Positions 1-9,834 of a DNA stretch of 64,000 nucleotides are shown here, piece after piece; position 1 is the first letter of the stretch, and every line of letters begins with the position of its first letter. Below the pieces are notes generated by a model. The model was not told the origin of the DNA, made no database searches, and saw nothing but the letters and a program-made list of their open reading frames with translations. The DNA is taken from contig JAFUFH010000080.1 of the NCBI GenBank assembly GCA_017470005.1, forward strand, positions 555 through 64,554, written 5' to 3'. Both the position numbers and the translations under genes were made by a program. The stretch is from Bacilli bacterium (GTDB taxonomy: Bacteria; Bacillota_I; Bacilli_A; RFN20; CAG-288).

Positions 1-765
1 TTTTTCGATGGCCTTCTCATAGAATTCTTTGGCTTTGTTGACATCTTCAGGGACAAGTTCATTGTCACCTTCGAATAAATAAGCGGTGAGAACGGTGGCT
101 CTCATGCTACCTTCTTCGGTAGCGGCCTTAACCAATTCGACAGCATCTTCTTTTTCTTGCTTGGTGGATTCACTATTGTTGAGGACGCGGATAGCCTTGA
201 TGAGGAGTTGATCTTCATCGACGACTTTCTTGACATCTTCATCGGTGATTTCCACAGGAGCATTCTCGTTGACGATGGTGCCTTCAGCATTCTCAACAGC
301 TTCGGTCTCAGGAGTTAAGACAGGGTTAGTGGTAGCAGTACCCTTAGCTAATTGAGCGCGGATTTCGACAGCTCTTTGAGCGGAGATCTCATCGCCTTTT
401 TCGGCGGAGGGATCATAATAAGAAAGAGCTTTGTTCTTATCGACAGGTTTGGTGCCTAAACCATAGTTATAGTAATCACCCATCTCTCTTTGATCTAAGC
501 TATCTTGAGCAGAGTGTTCAAAGTGTTCCATTGCGGCGTCGAAATATTTTCTGGCTTCTTCGGGATTGGCATCCAAGCCAGGGATACCTTCACGAATGAT
601 TCTACCCACTTCAAAATAAGATTTGCCTTTGGTGGTACCAGTTCTAGCAGATTTGTTGATCAAACGGAGACCCGCTTCGATCTTCTTTCCTTCTTGAACG
701 AGGTCGACACCTTCTTTCAAATCGATATCAATTGTCACATCGTTGAGCTTTTGATTTTCTTCCAT
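1..765 (-). CDS. Sel1-like (TPR-type) repeat protein; 3' end lies beyond the window
   Basis: My own minus-strand translation from ATG at 765 (GGAGGA at 772-777) stays open to position 1: MEENQKLNDVTIDIDLKEG...EARKYFDAAMEH...MGDYYNYGLGTKPVDKNKALSYYDPSAEKGD...KAKEFYEKAIEK. These are Sel1-type repeat signatures. It is missing from the ORF track because no stop codon falls in the window. Confidence 0.6.
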   Translation of the reverse strand, partial: MEENQKLNDVTIDIDLKEGVDLVQEGKKIEAGLRLINKSARTGTTKGKSYFEVGRIIREGIPGLDANPEEARKYFDAAMEHFEHSAQDSLDQREMGDYYNYGLGTKPVDKNKALSYYDPSAEKGDEISAQRAVEIRAQLAKGTATTNPVLTPETEAVENAEGTIVNENAPVEITDEDVKKVVDEDQLLIKAIRVLNNSESTKQEKEDAVELVKAATEEGSMRATVLTAYLFEGDNELVPEDVNKAKEFYEKAIEK

Positions 766-900
766 AAAAACGATTCCTCCAATACGATTGGTTAGTTATG
801 TAAATATTATAAACATTTACAAAACTATTTTTCAATTATAAAGGGTTGTTTTTTTGGTTTTTTTGGGCTTTTTTAGCAGTAGTTTCTCTCTCACTGGCAT

Positions 901-1581
901 TTAAAAAGGGGGATAGTGGTTCTTGCGGAAAGACAATTTGTCACAATCAGAAACAATTAACACATCCAAAAGAACGACTTGAGCAAGAGATAGAGAACGG
1001 AATAATTCTTTGGCTACTTGGATGTCGGCAAAAGAAGGATGAAGCTTACCAGAGGGGTGATTGTGCAAAACCACGACAAATCTAGCGTTGCATTGAAGGC
1101 TTGTCTTGACCACTAAAGGAACAGGTACATAGACGCTCTCATCGCTTCCGCTAGTGAAGCTATCTTTTCGAATCAGCTTCTTTTCTTTGTTGAGATACAA
1201 GACAAGAGCAATCTCACTCTTTCTTCCCAAGAAGAAATTTCGGCATCTCTCATAGGTGGTTTTATCGTCAAGATAGGTTTCTTCTCTCGAAAAGGGAAGG
1301 CGACGCATGATTTCTCTGACGGCAAGAAGCCTGCACATCTTGGCTTTTTTGACTCCTTTGGTTTCTAGATTGTTGTCGTCGTTTAAAAAGATTCCTCTCA
1401 ACCCACCTTTTTCATAGAGCATGCGGGAAGAGAGGGAGACGACGTTCTCCCTCGTGTTCCCTGTGTCTAGAAGAAGTGAGACTAGTTCGCTGTCGCTCAA
1501 CGATTCAATTCCTTGGCGGAGCGCTTTTTCTCTTGGCTTGATGATGGATGTGCCTTTAAAGTATTCGTCTCCTAATTCCAT
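901..1581 (-). CDS. radC: RadC-family JAB/MPN domain protein
   Basis: N-terminus has PREKALRQGIESLSDSELVSLLL. The C-terminal half has the JAMM motif VVLHNHPSGKLHPSFADI. Confidence 0.85.
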   Translation of the reverse strand: MELGDEYFKGTSIIKPREKALRQGIESLSDSELVSLLLDTGNTRENVVSLSSRMLYEKGGLRGIFLNDDNNLETKGVKKAKMCRLLAVREIMRRLPFSREETYLDDKTTYERCRNFFLGRKSEIALVLYLNKEKKLIRKDSFTSGSDESVYVPVPLVVKTSLQCNARFVVVLHNHPSGKLHPSFADIQVAKELFRSLSLAQVVLLDVLIVSDCDKLSFRKNHYPPF

Positions 1582-1751
1582 GAGAAGGAAAATCCGCCAG
1601 GGATAGCAACCTTGGCTCCTTTCTCAGAGACAAACAATTTGTAGACCACCACGGTCACGATGCCGATGGCCATGAGTGCCATGACCGCTGCGAGGGTGAT
1701 GGCTTCTCCCCCTTGGGTGTTGACTTCTTCGATTTCACTAAGTTTTCTCAT
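1572..1751 (-). CDS. Small single-pass membrane protein, function unknown
   Basis: ATG at 1751 follows GGAGG at the right spacing. One hydrophobic helix (ITLAAVMALMAIGIVTVVVYKLF). Overlaps the radC start by 10 nt. Confidence 0.45.
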   Translation of the reverse strand: MRKLSEIEEVNTQGGEAITLAAVMALMAIGIVTVVVYKLFVSEKGAKVAIPGGFSFSWN

Positions 1752-1806
1752 ATGGAAAAACCTCCTCACCACATATTGCAAGTGAGGAGGCTGTTTTGAG
1801 CAGGGA

Positions 1807-4389
1807 TTATTTCAAATATTTTGCTAATTCTGCTTTGTAAGATTCGTACTTTTGTTTTTCCGCTTCGACCTTAGCAGGATTGGCTTTGGCTAAGAAGTTA
1901 GGATTGGAGAGCATCTTTTCACTTCTAGCGATCTCATTGCGAAGGAATTCGATTCTCTTTTCTCTTCTCGCTTTACTTTCTTCGGTCTCTTCTTCAACGA
2001 TAGCGATACCGAAGGAGGGGAAGTAGATCAAATCATCGTTTTCTTTTTCAATCTTGGTGACGCTTCTAGCGAAAGAGAAACGAGTGAGGTAAGGAAGAAC
2101 CACATCCAATTTTTCTTGAGAGCCATAGAATTGTAAATCGATAGGAGCATTCGGAGCTAATCCAGTGTTTGCTTTATGATTACGGATGTTCTTGATGGCT
2201 TGACGTAAGGAGAGAGCTAATTGCACTTCTTCTTTATCGTATTCAAATCCAGTGACAGAAGGATATTCTTCTTCATAAATAGAAAGCTTGTGATTAGGAA
2301 GATAAGAATAGATCTCTTCGGTGATGAAAGGAGCGAAGGGGAATAAGACGACAAGAATCTTCTTCAAGATAGAATAGAGAACCTGGAGAGTGGTTTCTTT
2401 CTTGGTTTCATCATCACCTTGAAGCGTGACTTTAGTGTATTCTAAGTATTCGGAGCAGAATTCATCATAGACGAAGGAATAGACATAATCAGCGGCTTGA
2501 CCAAGCTCATATTTTTCCATGTTGGTTTTCACAGAATTGATGAGAGAATCGGCTTCAGATAAGATCCATTGATCCAAGTAGCTGAGTTCTTCTTTCTGGA
2601 TTTCTCTAGGAGTGAAGGAAGTAGGAAGAGTAGAGAGAATATAACGAGAGGCGTTCCAAACTTTGTTCAAGAAGTTATGAGCCATATCGACTTTGTTGAA
2701 AGAGAAGTTGATATCTAAGCCAGGAGTTCCGCCAGTGGCAAGAGCGTAACGGAGAGAGTCGGTGCCATATTTTTCGATGACATCGAAAGGATCGATACCA
2801 TTTCCTAAAGATTTGGACATCTTTCTTCCTTGCGCATCGCGGACAAGACCGTGGATATAGACTTTCTTAAAGGGCATGACTTTAGAGAAGTGAAGTCCTT
2901 GGAAAGCCATACGTTCCACCCAGAAGAAGATGATGTCATAAGCGGTGACCATGACATCTAAAGGATAATATCTCTTCAGTAAAGGACTATTTTCATCCGG
3001 CCATCCTAAGAAGCCAAAAGGAGCTAAGGCGGAAGAAAACCAGGTGTCTAAGACATCGTTATCTTGAACCCAATCTTCTCCTTCCATAGGAGTTTCAGAG
3101 CAGACGACTTGACCAGTCTTACTGTTGGTGTAAACCGGGATTCTATGTCCCCACCAAAGCTGACGAGAGATGCACCAGTCATCGGTGTTATCTAACCACT
3201 GATAGAAGATGTCAGCGAAACGTTGAGGGAAGAATTCCGTTCTGTTTTCGCTCTTTTGCATTTCCATGACGGCAGTAGAAAGTGGTTTCATCTTAACGAA
3301 CCATTGTTTGGATAACATCGGTTCGACAACGGCTTTAGAACGATCGGAGTGACCCACGTTGTGGACGATATCTTCAATCTTGATGAGATCGCCGTTGGCT
3401 TCGATGGCTTTGACCACCTTTTTGCGGCATTCATAACGGTCTAATCCACGATATTCTTCGGGAACCAAATCGTTCATGGTGGCATCATCATTCATGGTCT
3501 TGACAAATTTTAAGCCGTGACGCTTGGCAATTTGGAAGTCGTTAGGGTCATGGGCGGGAGTGCACTTCATGACACCCGTTCCAAATTCCATATCGACATA
3601 ACGGTCAGCGATCAAAGGAAGAAGCTCTCCATTTGCGGGGTTGATAACTTTCTTTCCTTCATATTTGTTGAAACGTTCATCGTCGGGATTGAAGACGACG
3701 GCTTGATCGCCAAACATGGTTTCCGGACGAGTGGTGGCGACTTCTAAATAAGAAGAGTGGTCTTCAAACCAATACTTGAAATAATAGAAGTGTCCGTTAT
3801 CTTGAGAATAGACGACTTCAATATCCGAGAGCGCAGTCTTTAAAACAGGATCCCAGTTAATGATTCTTTCCCCTCTATAAATCAAGCCTTCATCATAAAG
3901 TTTCTTGAAAACTTTATTGACGGCTTTGCACATACCCTCATCGAGAGTGAATCTCTCTTTGGAATAATCCATAGAAAGACCTAAAGCGCGCCATTGACGG
4001 GAGATGTAATCGCCGTGTTCTTCTTTCCATTTCCAGGCTTCTTCTAAGAACTTTTCCCTTCCCATCTCATACTTGTTCTTGCCTTCTTCTCTCAGTTTTG
4101 CTTCCACTTTGGCTTGGGTAGCAATACCGGCGTGATCCATATCCGGAAGGAAGAGAACATCATAGCCAGATAATTTCTTATAACGGGCGATGATATCTAA
4201 GATGGTGGTATTTGTGGCGTGACCGATATGAAGAATACCGGTGACATTGGGCGGGGGAACAATCATAGAAAAAGGAGGTTTAGAAAGATTCTCCTCTCTC
4301 ATGGCCTCAAAATAATGATTTTTCTCCCAGAATTCTTCTTTGCCTTGTTCGCACTCTTTGTGGGAATAAGCTTTTGACATTTCTTTCAT
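1807..4389 (-). CDS. valS: Valyl-tRNA synthetase
   Basis: Class I HIGH motif (LHIGHATN) and KMSKS motif (GRKMSKSLGN), plus a C-terminal coiled coil. Start moved to MKEMSKAY (4389), which sits behind GGAGGG. Confidence 0.95.
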   Translation of the reverse strand: MKEMSKAYSHKECEQGKEEFWEKNHYFEAMREENLSKPPFSMIVPPPNVTGILHIGHATNTTILDIIARYKKLSGYDVLFLPDMDHAGIATQAKVEAKLREEGKNKYEMGREKFLEEAWKWKEEHGDYISRQWRALGLSMDYSKERFTLDEGMCKAVNKVFKKLYDEGLIYRGERIINWDPVLKTALSDIEVVYSQDNGHFYYFKYWFEDHSSYLEVATTRPETMFGDQAVVFNPDDERFNKYEGKKVINPANGELLPLIADRYVDMEFGTGVMKCTPAHDPNDFQIAKRHGLKFVKTMNDDATMNDLVPEEYRGLDRYECRKKVVKAIEANGDLIKIEDIVHNVGHSDRSKAVVEPMLSKQWFVKMKPLSTAVMEMQKSENRTEFFPQRFADIFYQWLDNTDDWCISRQLWWGHRIPVYTNSKTGQVVCSETPMEGEDWVQDNDVLDTWFSSALAPFGFLGWPDENSPLLKRYYPLDVMVTAYDIIFFWVERMAFQGLHFSKVMPFKKVYIHGLVRDAQGRKMSKSLGNGIDPFDVIEKYGTDSLRYALATGGTPGLDINFSFNKVDMAHNFLNKVWNASRYILSTLPTSFTPREIQKEELSYLDQWILSEADSLINSVKTNMEKYELGQAADYVYSFVYDEFCSEYLEYTKVTLQGDDETKKETTLQVLYSILKKILVVLFPFAPFITEEIYSYLPNHKLSIYEEEYPSVTGFEYDKEEVQLALSLRQAIKNIRNHKANTGLAPNAPIDLQFYGSQEKLDVVLPYLTRFSFARSVTKIEKENDDLIYFPSFGIAIVEEETEESKARREKRIEFLRNEIARSEKMLSNPNFLAKANPAKVEAEKQKYESYKAELAKYLK

Positions 4390-4391
4390 AG

Positions 4392-4612
4392 AAAAAGTCC
4401 CTCCAATCATGATTTTGAAGGGACGCAATTTTTCACTTGCGCGGTACCACCCCTCTTCGGAATTTCCGCTCTTAAAGCCGAATACTTTCTAAGTCGGCAA
4501 GCTTAGAGGATTCCTCCCTGGCTCCAAGACGACAAGTTCAGTCTGATTTATCCGCTTCCACCGTCCGGACTCTCTATGAAACCAGTGGCCTGAACACTTT
4601 CTTTTCTGCGCC
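4392..4612 (-). promoter_or_regulatory. T-box leader (tRNA-sensing riboswitch) controlling valS
   Basis: The minus strand carries the conserved T-box sequence GGGTGGTACCGCG (plus 4440-4452). An 8-bp terminator hairpin GUCCCUUC/GGAGGGAC follows (4397-4424), then UUUUU (4392-4396). AGAGAG and GGTGGAAGC stem-I-like motifs lie upstream. Confidence 0.8.
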
Positions 4613-4618
4613 AAGGGT

Positions 4619-4647
4619 ATTATAGATATTTTCTTTTTTCTTTGCAA
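4619..4647 (-). promoter_or_regulatory. Sigma-70/SigA-type promoter for the valS leader
   Basis: Minus strand reads TTGCAA (4642-4647), a 17-nt spacer, then TATAAT (4619-4624). Confidence 0.7.
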
Positions 4648-4682
4648 TCTAATTTCTTTCTCAAAAAAGGAAAAAGAGGGGA

Positions 4683-5258
4683 TTACTCCCCTCTCGTAGC
4701 TTTGACAATATCATCACGAAGCGCTTGATAAAGATTTTCTTTCTTGATTCCAACTTCAAAGAAAGGAACCGGAGCAATCTTTTCTTCTTGCAACTTGAGA
4801 TAGTGCTTTTCAGAAGAATTGAGTTTGTCCACTTTGGTGAAAACATAAGCGTAAGGAATCTTCATCTCTTCTAAATAATCGGCAAAGTCGGCATCGGCAG
4901 GAAGAAGAAGTCTTCTGCTATCGATGAGAAGATAGACTTTCTTTAACGCTTTGTTGTCTTCTAAGAAATCTTTCATCAAACCTTCAAAAGTATCTCTTTG
5001 GAATGTAGCAAAACCATAACCAGGTACATCGGCGAGATAGAAAGCATTATCGATGAGAGCATAGTTGACCATTCTTGTTTGACCAGCGGTCTTACTTGTT
5101 TTCATGAAATTCTTTCTTCTGACTAAGCCATTACAAAGCGTGCTTTTACCGACATTACTTCTGCCGATGAAAGTGACGACAGGCTTATCGAGAAGGAATC
5201 CCTTCTTGTCGACAGCACTCTTGATGAATTCTACATTCTGGAATGATACTTTAGACAT
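4683..5258 (-). CDS. engB: Ribosome-biogenesis GTPase EngB/YsxC
   Basis: G1 motif GRSNVGKSTL and G3 motif DVPGYG. Sits immediately downstream of lon, the usual lon-ysxC arrangement. Confidence 0.85.
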   Translation of the reverse strand: MSKVSFQNVEFIKSAVDKKGFLLDKPVVTFIGRSNVGKSTLCNGLVRRKNFMKTSKTAGQTRMVNYALIDNAFYLADVPGYGFATFQRDTFEGLMKDFLEDNKALKKVYLLIDSRRLLLPADADFADYLEEMKIPYAYVFTKVDKLNSSEKHYLKLQEEKIAPVPFFEVGIKKENLYQALRDDIVKATRGE

Positions 5259-5260
5259 TT

Positions 5261-7732
5261 TTATTTGCTTTTCTTAGATTTTTTTGTTGTTTTCTTTTCG
5301 GTAGCTTTCTTTTCTTCTTTCTTTTCGGAAAGATAAGGATTGGAATCTACCTTGGTAGGAGAAGTGCGTTCATAGATCTCGGCTTTCATGGAAGAGATAT
5401 CTTCTAAGTAGACTCCCTTGAATAAGTCAGAGACTTTCTTGACTTCCACGATCTCTAAGACATCGGTGATCTCTTTAGGAAGTTCGACTCTATCTTTGTG
5501 GTTCTCCACAGGGATGAAGACCGTCTTGATGTGTTCTCTAGCGGCAGCGTTGGTCTTTTCTCTTAAACCACCGATAGGCATAGAGTTACCGCGCAAGTCA
5601 ACTTCACCCGTCATTGCGACATCATTTCTGATTCTGACTTTGCAGATCGCGGAGATGATACACATAACGGTAGCCACACCCGCACTAGGTCCATCTTTGG
5701 GAGTAGCACTTTCAGGGAAGTGGATATGGATATCATTGTTAGAGAAGAAGGCGGGGTTGATACCAAGATCAGGTCCGATAGATTTGACATAAGAGAGTGC
5801 GGTTTCGCAAGCTTCTTTCATGACATCACCTAAGTTACCCGTCAAGATGAGACCGCCCTTACCAGGGAAGGTGTTGACTTCAATCTTTAAGACTTCACCA
5901 CCCGCTTGTGTATAAGCAAGGCCGTTGATGACACCGACTTGAGAGTCGTTGATATTGTTTTCGTGAGTGAAGATTTCCGCACCTAAGTACTTCTTGACCA
6001 CTTCGGGAGTGACCTTAATATGGTCATAGCTAGGATCGCGGAGATAATCGACGGCATACTTTCTATCGATGGTGCCAATCTTTCTTCTCAATTCACGGAC
6101 ACCAGCTTCCATGGTGTAATATTCGATGATGTAATCGAGAGCTTCATCGCTCCATTCCATCATGCCAGGTTTGATACCGTTATCTTTCTCTTCTAATTCG
6201 ATGAGGTGGTTCTTAGCGATATCGACCTTTTCAAATTTGGTATAGGTGTTGAGTTCAATCATCTCTAAACGATCGAAGAGAGGTCCAGGGATACGAGAGA
6301 TATCGTTAGCGGTACAGATGAATAAGACATTGGAGAGGTCATAGTTCTCATCCAAATAATTATCCATGAAGTTCTTGTTCTGTTCGGGATCTAAGACTTC
6401 GAGTAAGGCAGAAGCGGGATCACCGTGATATCCACCACCATTGACCTTATCGATCTCATCTAATAAGAAGACAGGGTTATTGGTTCCACATTTAGAGAGG
6501 GAAGAGATGATCTTACCAGGCATAGCGCCAACATAAGTCTTTCTGTGACCGCGGATTTCGGCTTCATCAGAGATACCACCTAAGGCAACTTTGACGAATT
6601 TTCTACCTAAAGCTTCGGCGATAGAGATGGCAAGAGAGGTCTTACCAACACCGGGAGCGCCGTAGAAGCAAAGGATAGGAGCTTTCAAAGACTTGGTAAG
6701 TTGTTTTACGGCTAAATATTGAAGAATACGGTCTTTTTGTTTCTCTAAACCGTTGTGATTCTTATCCAAGATTTGTTTGACGACACTCAAGTCTTCGTTG
6801 TCTTGACTAGAGACGCGCCAAGGGAGGTTGACCAAGAGCTCTAAGTAATTGGTGATGACACCGACTTCTTGGCTACCGGCAGGCATCGCTTTGAGACGAG
6901 CAAGCTCGTTTCTGACTCTCTTCTGGATGTTTTCAGGATATTGGTCAGGATGTTCTTCAATCATCTTTTCAAATTTGTCAGTAGAATCTCCACCGTCAAA
7001 TTCTTTGAGTTGATTCTTTACCGCTTTCATCTTTTCGCGGAGAACATATTCTCTTTGGTTCTTATCGATGGCTTCAGAGACTTGCTTTTGAATATCGTAT
7101 TCAATCTTAGAATCAAGGTTGAAACGATCTAAGTCAGAGATGACCAAACGGTATTTTTCGATAGGATCTTTCTCTTCCAAGATCAATTGCTTGGTTAAAT
7201 CATTGGTGCCTAAGAAAGCAGCGATATGATAAGGAATATTCTTCACTTCAGGAACCGTCTGAGAGAAATCAGGAAGTTCAGGAAGTTGAGGATATTTCTT
7301 TCTCAAAGCGGAATAGGAAGAAGTGAATTTTCCAAGCATCTCATAGATCTTGGAATCATCTCTATCATAGATAGGACGATTGGCAATATTGGCCATGACG
7401 GTGCCGCTGGTGGCATCGACATTAAAATCGGACATGTCCACAGGCATCTTACCTAACACTTTGGCTTTGATACCGGTAGGAACAGGTTCGATAGACATGA
7501 TTCTACATAAACAGCCAACGGTTCTGACACCGGGGAGAATCAAATTGTCAAAATCGCCATAAGCATTATCGGAATTGGATAAAGCGATGACGAATTCATC
7601 TCCCTTTTTCAAGCGGGAGAAGAGGTGAAGATCATAATTGTTAACCGCAGTGATCTCCATTTCAATATCGGGTAAGCCCACGCCTTTACGATTGGGTAAA
7701 ACCGAAAGTCTTCTGGGGGAATAAGTTTCCAT
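5261..7732 (-). CDS. lon: ATP-dependent Lon protease (LonA type)
   Basis: Walker A GAPGVGKTS, Walker B VFLLDEIDK, S16 protease motif PKDGPSAG. Ends in a lysine-rich tail. Confidence 0.95.
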   Translation of the reverse strand: METYSPRRLSVLPNRKGVGLPDIEMEITAVNNYDLHLFSRLKKGDEFVIALSNSDNAYGDFDNLILPGVRTVGCLCRIMSIEPVPTGIKAKVLGKMPVDMSDFNVDATSGTVMANIANRPIYDRDDSKIYEMLGKFTSSYSALRKKYPQLPELPDFSQTVPEVKNIPYHIAAFLGTNDLTKQLILEEKDPIEKYRLVISDLDRFNLDSKIEYDIQKQVSEAIDKNQREYVLREKMKAVKNQLKEFDGGDSTDKFEKMIEEHPDQYPENIQKRVRNELARLKAMPAGSQEVGVITNYLELLVNLPWRVSSQDNEDLSVVKQILDKNHNGLEKQKDRILQYLAVKQLTKSLKAPILCFYGAPGVGKTSLAISIAEALGRKFVKVALGGISDEAEIRGHRKTYVGAMPGKIISSLSKCGTNNPVFLLDEIDKVNGGGYHGDPASALLEVLDPEQNKNFMDNYLDENYDLSNVLFICTANDISRIPGPLFDRLEMIELNTYTKFEKVDIAKNHLIELEEKDNGIKPGMMEWSDEALDYIIEYYTMEAGVRELRRKIGTIDRKYAVDYLRDPSYDHIKVTPEVVKKYLGAEIFTHENNINDSQVGVINGLAYTQAGGEVLKIEVNTFPGKGGLILTGNLGDVMKEACETALSYVKSIGPDLGINPAFFSNNDIHIHFPESATPKDGPSAGVATVMCIISAICKVRIRNDVAMTGEVDLRGNSMPIGGLREKTNAAAREHIKTVFIPVENHKDRVELPKEITDVLEIVEVKKVSDLFKGVYLEDISSMKAEIYERTSPTKVDSNPYLSEKKEEKKATEKKTTKKSKKSK

Positions 7733-7775
7733 AAATAGTACCTCCTAGATACGAATAACACACGACGACAATAAT

Positions 7776-7817
7776 ATTATAAGGTTTATTTTAGCAATTT
7801 CAAGTTAAGAGTGCTAA
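7776..7817 (-). promoter_or_regulatory. lon promoter overlapping a CIRCE-like (HrcA) operator
   Basis: Positions 7791-7817 read TTAGCAATT-N9-GAGTGCTAA against the consensus TTAGCACTC-N9-GAGTGCTAA (16 of 18 arm positions). On the minus strand, TATAAT lies at 7776-7781 and a TTGAAA -35 falls inside the CIRCE spacer. Confidence 0.65.
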
Positions 7818-7899
7818 TTTTGAGTTTAGATCCACTTTATCGTCCCTAAAATTGTGTCATTTTGTTCTTTTGATTTCAAATATAATGCTCAGCTTTGTT

Positions 7900-7922
7900 A
7901 AAAAAGGCTCCCGAGGGAGCCT
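7900..7922 (-). terminator. Rho-independent terminator after tig
   Basis: Hairpin AGGCTCCC-GA-GGGAGCCT at 7905-7922, followed on the minus strand by TTTTT. Confidence 0.8.
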
Positions 7923-7933
7923 AGATAAACAAA

Positions 7934-9394
7934 TTATTCCGCTTTTTCTTCTTTTGCTTCTTCTGCGGGAGCAGCTTCTGTAGGAGCTTCTTCCGCCTTA
8001 GCTTCTTCCTCTTTGCCTTCTTCGTGATCGTGAAGCTTTCTAGCGGCAAGTTCAGGATCGTTGAGCTCTAAGACCTTCGCCTGGACTCTAGCGGTTAAGA
8101 TAGAGGTGAAGACTTGGTTGAGATATCCGTTGATCTGATTGTTGATTTGATCAGCACTGTAGTTTTGAGCTTTGAGATAGTTGGTGTAGTTTTCTGCAAA
8201 CTTAGCGATAGGAGAACCGATCTGAGCTTCGACATCTTTCTGAGTAGGAGCAGGGATCTTTTCGGCTTCAGCGATGGCGTCATAGATCAAGGAAGTCTTG
8301 AGTTCATTTTCCACACCAGTGCGGATGGAATCTTCATAGACTTCTCTGGTTTGCTGGATGAGCTTGAGGTATTCCTCTAAGGAGAGACCTTGTTGCTCGA
8401 TGGCATTTTGATCTTGCTTGACTCTGTCATCGACTAAAGTCTTGACATATTCACTAGGGATGACATATTCCGAAGAATTCTTGATCTGATTGAGATAGTT
8501 GTTGACCTTATCTCTCTTGTAAGCATCGAAGAAACGATGCATCAAGACGTGTTCTACTTTCTCTTTGAGTTCCGCTAAATCTTTAGAGACATATTGGCCA
8601 GAGAGAGTGGTGGCGAAATCATCGTTGATTTCAGGAACTTCTTTAACTTTGACGGCGTTTAAAGTGACCTTGAAGAGAGCGGGTTTGCTGGTCAAAGGAG
8701 CGGGATAGGTGTCAGGCATGATGATGTTGACATCGAATTTTTCACCGGGCTTATGACCGACGCACTGTTCTTCAAAACCAGGGACGAATTTGTTACTTCC
8801 TAATTCTAAGTCGAAAGCTTTGGCGGTTCCGCCATCGAAAGGAACGCCATCCATCAAACCTTGGAAGTCGATGTTGACGGTATCGCCCATTTCAGCAGCT
8901 TTTTCGGTAGGAACAAGTTCCGCATTTTCTAAAGCCAAACGATTGAGTTCGGCATTGATGGCTTCTTCGTCGACCTTGGTCTCTTCGATGTCGCTCTTTA
9001 AGTCCTTGTACTGTCCAAGTTTGGAGACAGCGGGTCTCAAATAATAAGTGACAGTGACTTGAGCTTCCGTATCGGTAAATTTATCTAAAGCCACATCGGG
9101 ATGAAGACGGGGAGCAAATTTGTTGCCCTTGACATAAGCAGAGAATTCTTCATTGCTTTCGAAGTTCTTGTCAAGCATTCTTAACAAGGCATCGATGGTG
9201 CCGTTGAAGAGATCTTCGTTCTTGATGTATCTCGCGGCCTTATCTTCAGGGGCCTTACCCTTTCTGAATCCAGGAACGGTGACGTTCTGAATGAGTTTTC
9301 TAGTGGCCTTACCTGTAGCGGTCTTGACTTCTTCTTGGTCGAAGTTGACAGTGGCAATAAGATGGCCGTTTTCTTCCTTAAATGTGTGCTTCAT
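7934..9394 (-). CDS. tig: Trigger factor
   Basis: N-terminal ribosome-binding signature VTVPGFRKGKAPE and a central FKBP-type region (GVPFDGG). Has an acidic E/A/K-rich C-terminal tail. Confidence 0.9.
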   Translation of the reverse strand: MKHTFKEENGHLIATVNFDQEEVKTATGKATRKLIQNVTVPGFRKGKAPEDKAARYIKNEDLFNGTIDALLRMLDKNFESNEEFSAYVKGNKFAPRLHPDVALDKFTDTEAQVTVTYYLRPAVSKLGQYKDLKSDIEETKVDEEAINAELNRLALENAELVPTEKAAEMGDTVNIDFQGLMDGVPFDGGTAKAFDLELGSNKFVPGFEEQCVGHKPGEKFDVNIIMPDTYPAPLTSKPALFKVTLNAVKVKEVPEINDDFATTLSGQYVSKDLAELKEKVEHVLMHRFFDAYKRDKVNNYLNQIKNSSEYVIPSEYVKTLVDDRVKQDQNAIEQQGLSLEEYLKLIQQTREVYEDSIRTGVENELKTSLIYDAIAEAEKIPAPTQKDVEAQIGSPIAKFAENYTNYLKAQNYSADQINNQINGYLNQVFTSILTARVQAKVLELNDPELAARKLHDHEEGKEEEAKAEEAPTEAAPAEEAKEEKAE

Positions 9395-9432
9395 AAAATA
9401 TTTTCTCCTATAGGTTTAAATCGAGCTAATTA

Positions 9433-9461
9433 ATTATAGTGATTTGCTAAATTAATTTCAA
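9433..9461 (-). promoter_or_regulatory. tig promoter
   Basis: Minus strand reads TTGAAA (9456-9461), 17 nt, TATAAT (9433-9438). A TAGGAGA RBS lies downstream. Confidence 0.65.
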
Positions 9462-9480
9462 CTTTCTGACGGTTTTCTTC

Positions 9481-9831
9481 TCATTCTTTTTCCAAAAGAG
9501 AAGAATCCATATGTTTTTCTTCTAAGTAGGTCAAGAAGTAGCGGATGGATTGAAAGAGGCAATGCAAGTCTTTCTCTGAGAAATAATAGCTCAGCTCTAA
9601 CACCATTTTGACGAAGATTTCTTCTTCCCCTAGAAGATGTTGTTCTCTTCTTTCTTCCTCAAGCAAAGAAGTGAAGGAGATGGAGGTAAAGAAGGGAGAA
9701 AGAAGAAAAGCGTAATCTAAGACAACTTCTAGATAATCCTGTTTCACAAGGTAAGACATCATCGTAGAGAATTTGACTTCTCTTTTCTCCTTCTTGACTT
9801 GTGAGATGAATCTTGTCCAATCTAGAAACAT
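9481..9831 (-). CDS. Hypothetical protein (116 aa)
   Basis: ORF begins 3 nt after the glgP stop. I recognise no motif. Confidence 0.4.
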   Translation of the reverse strand: MFLDWTRFISQVKKEKREVKFSTMMSYLVKQDYLEVVLDYAFLLSPFFTSISFTSLLEEERREQHLLGEEEIFVKMVLELSYYFSEKDLHCLFQSIRYFLTYLEEKHMDSSLLEKE

Positions 9832-9834
9832 GAT

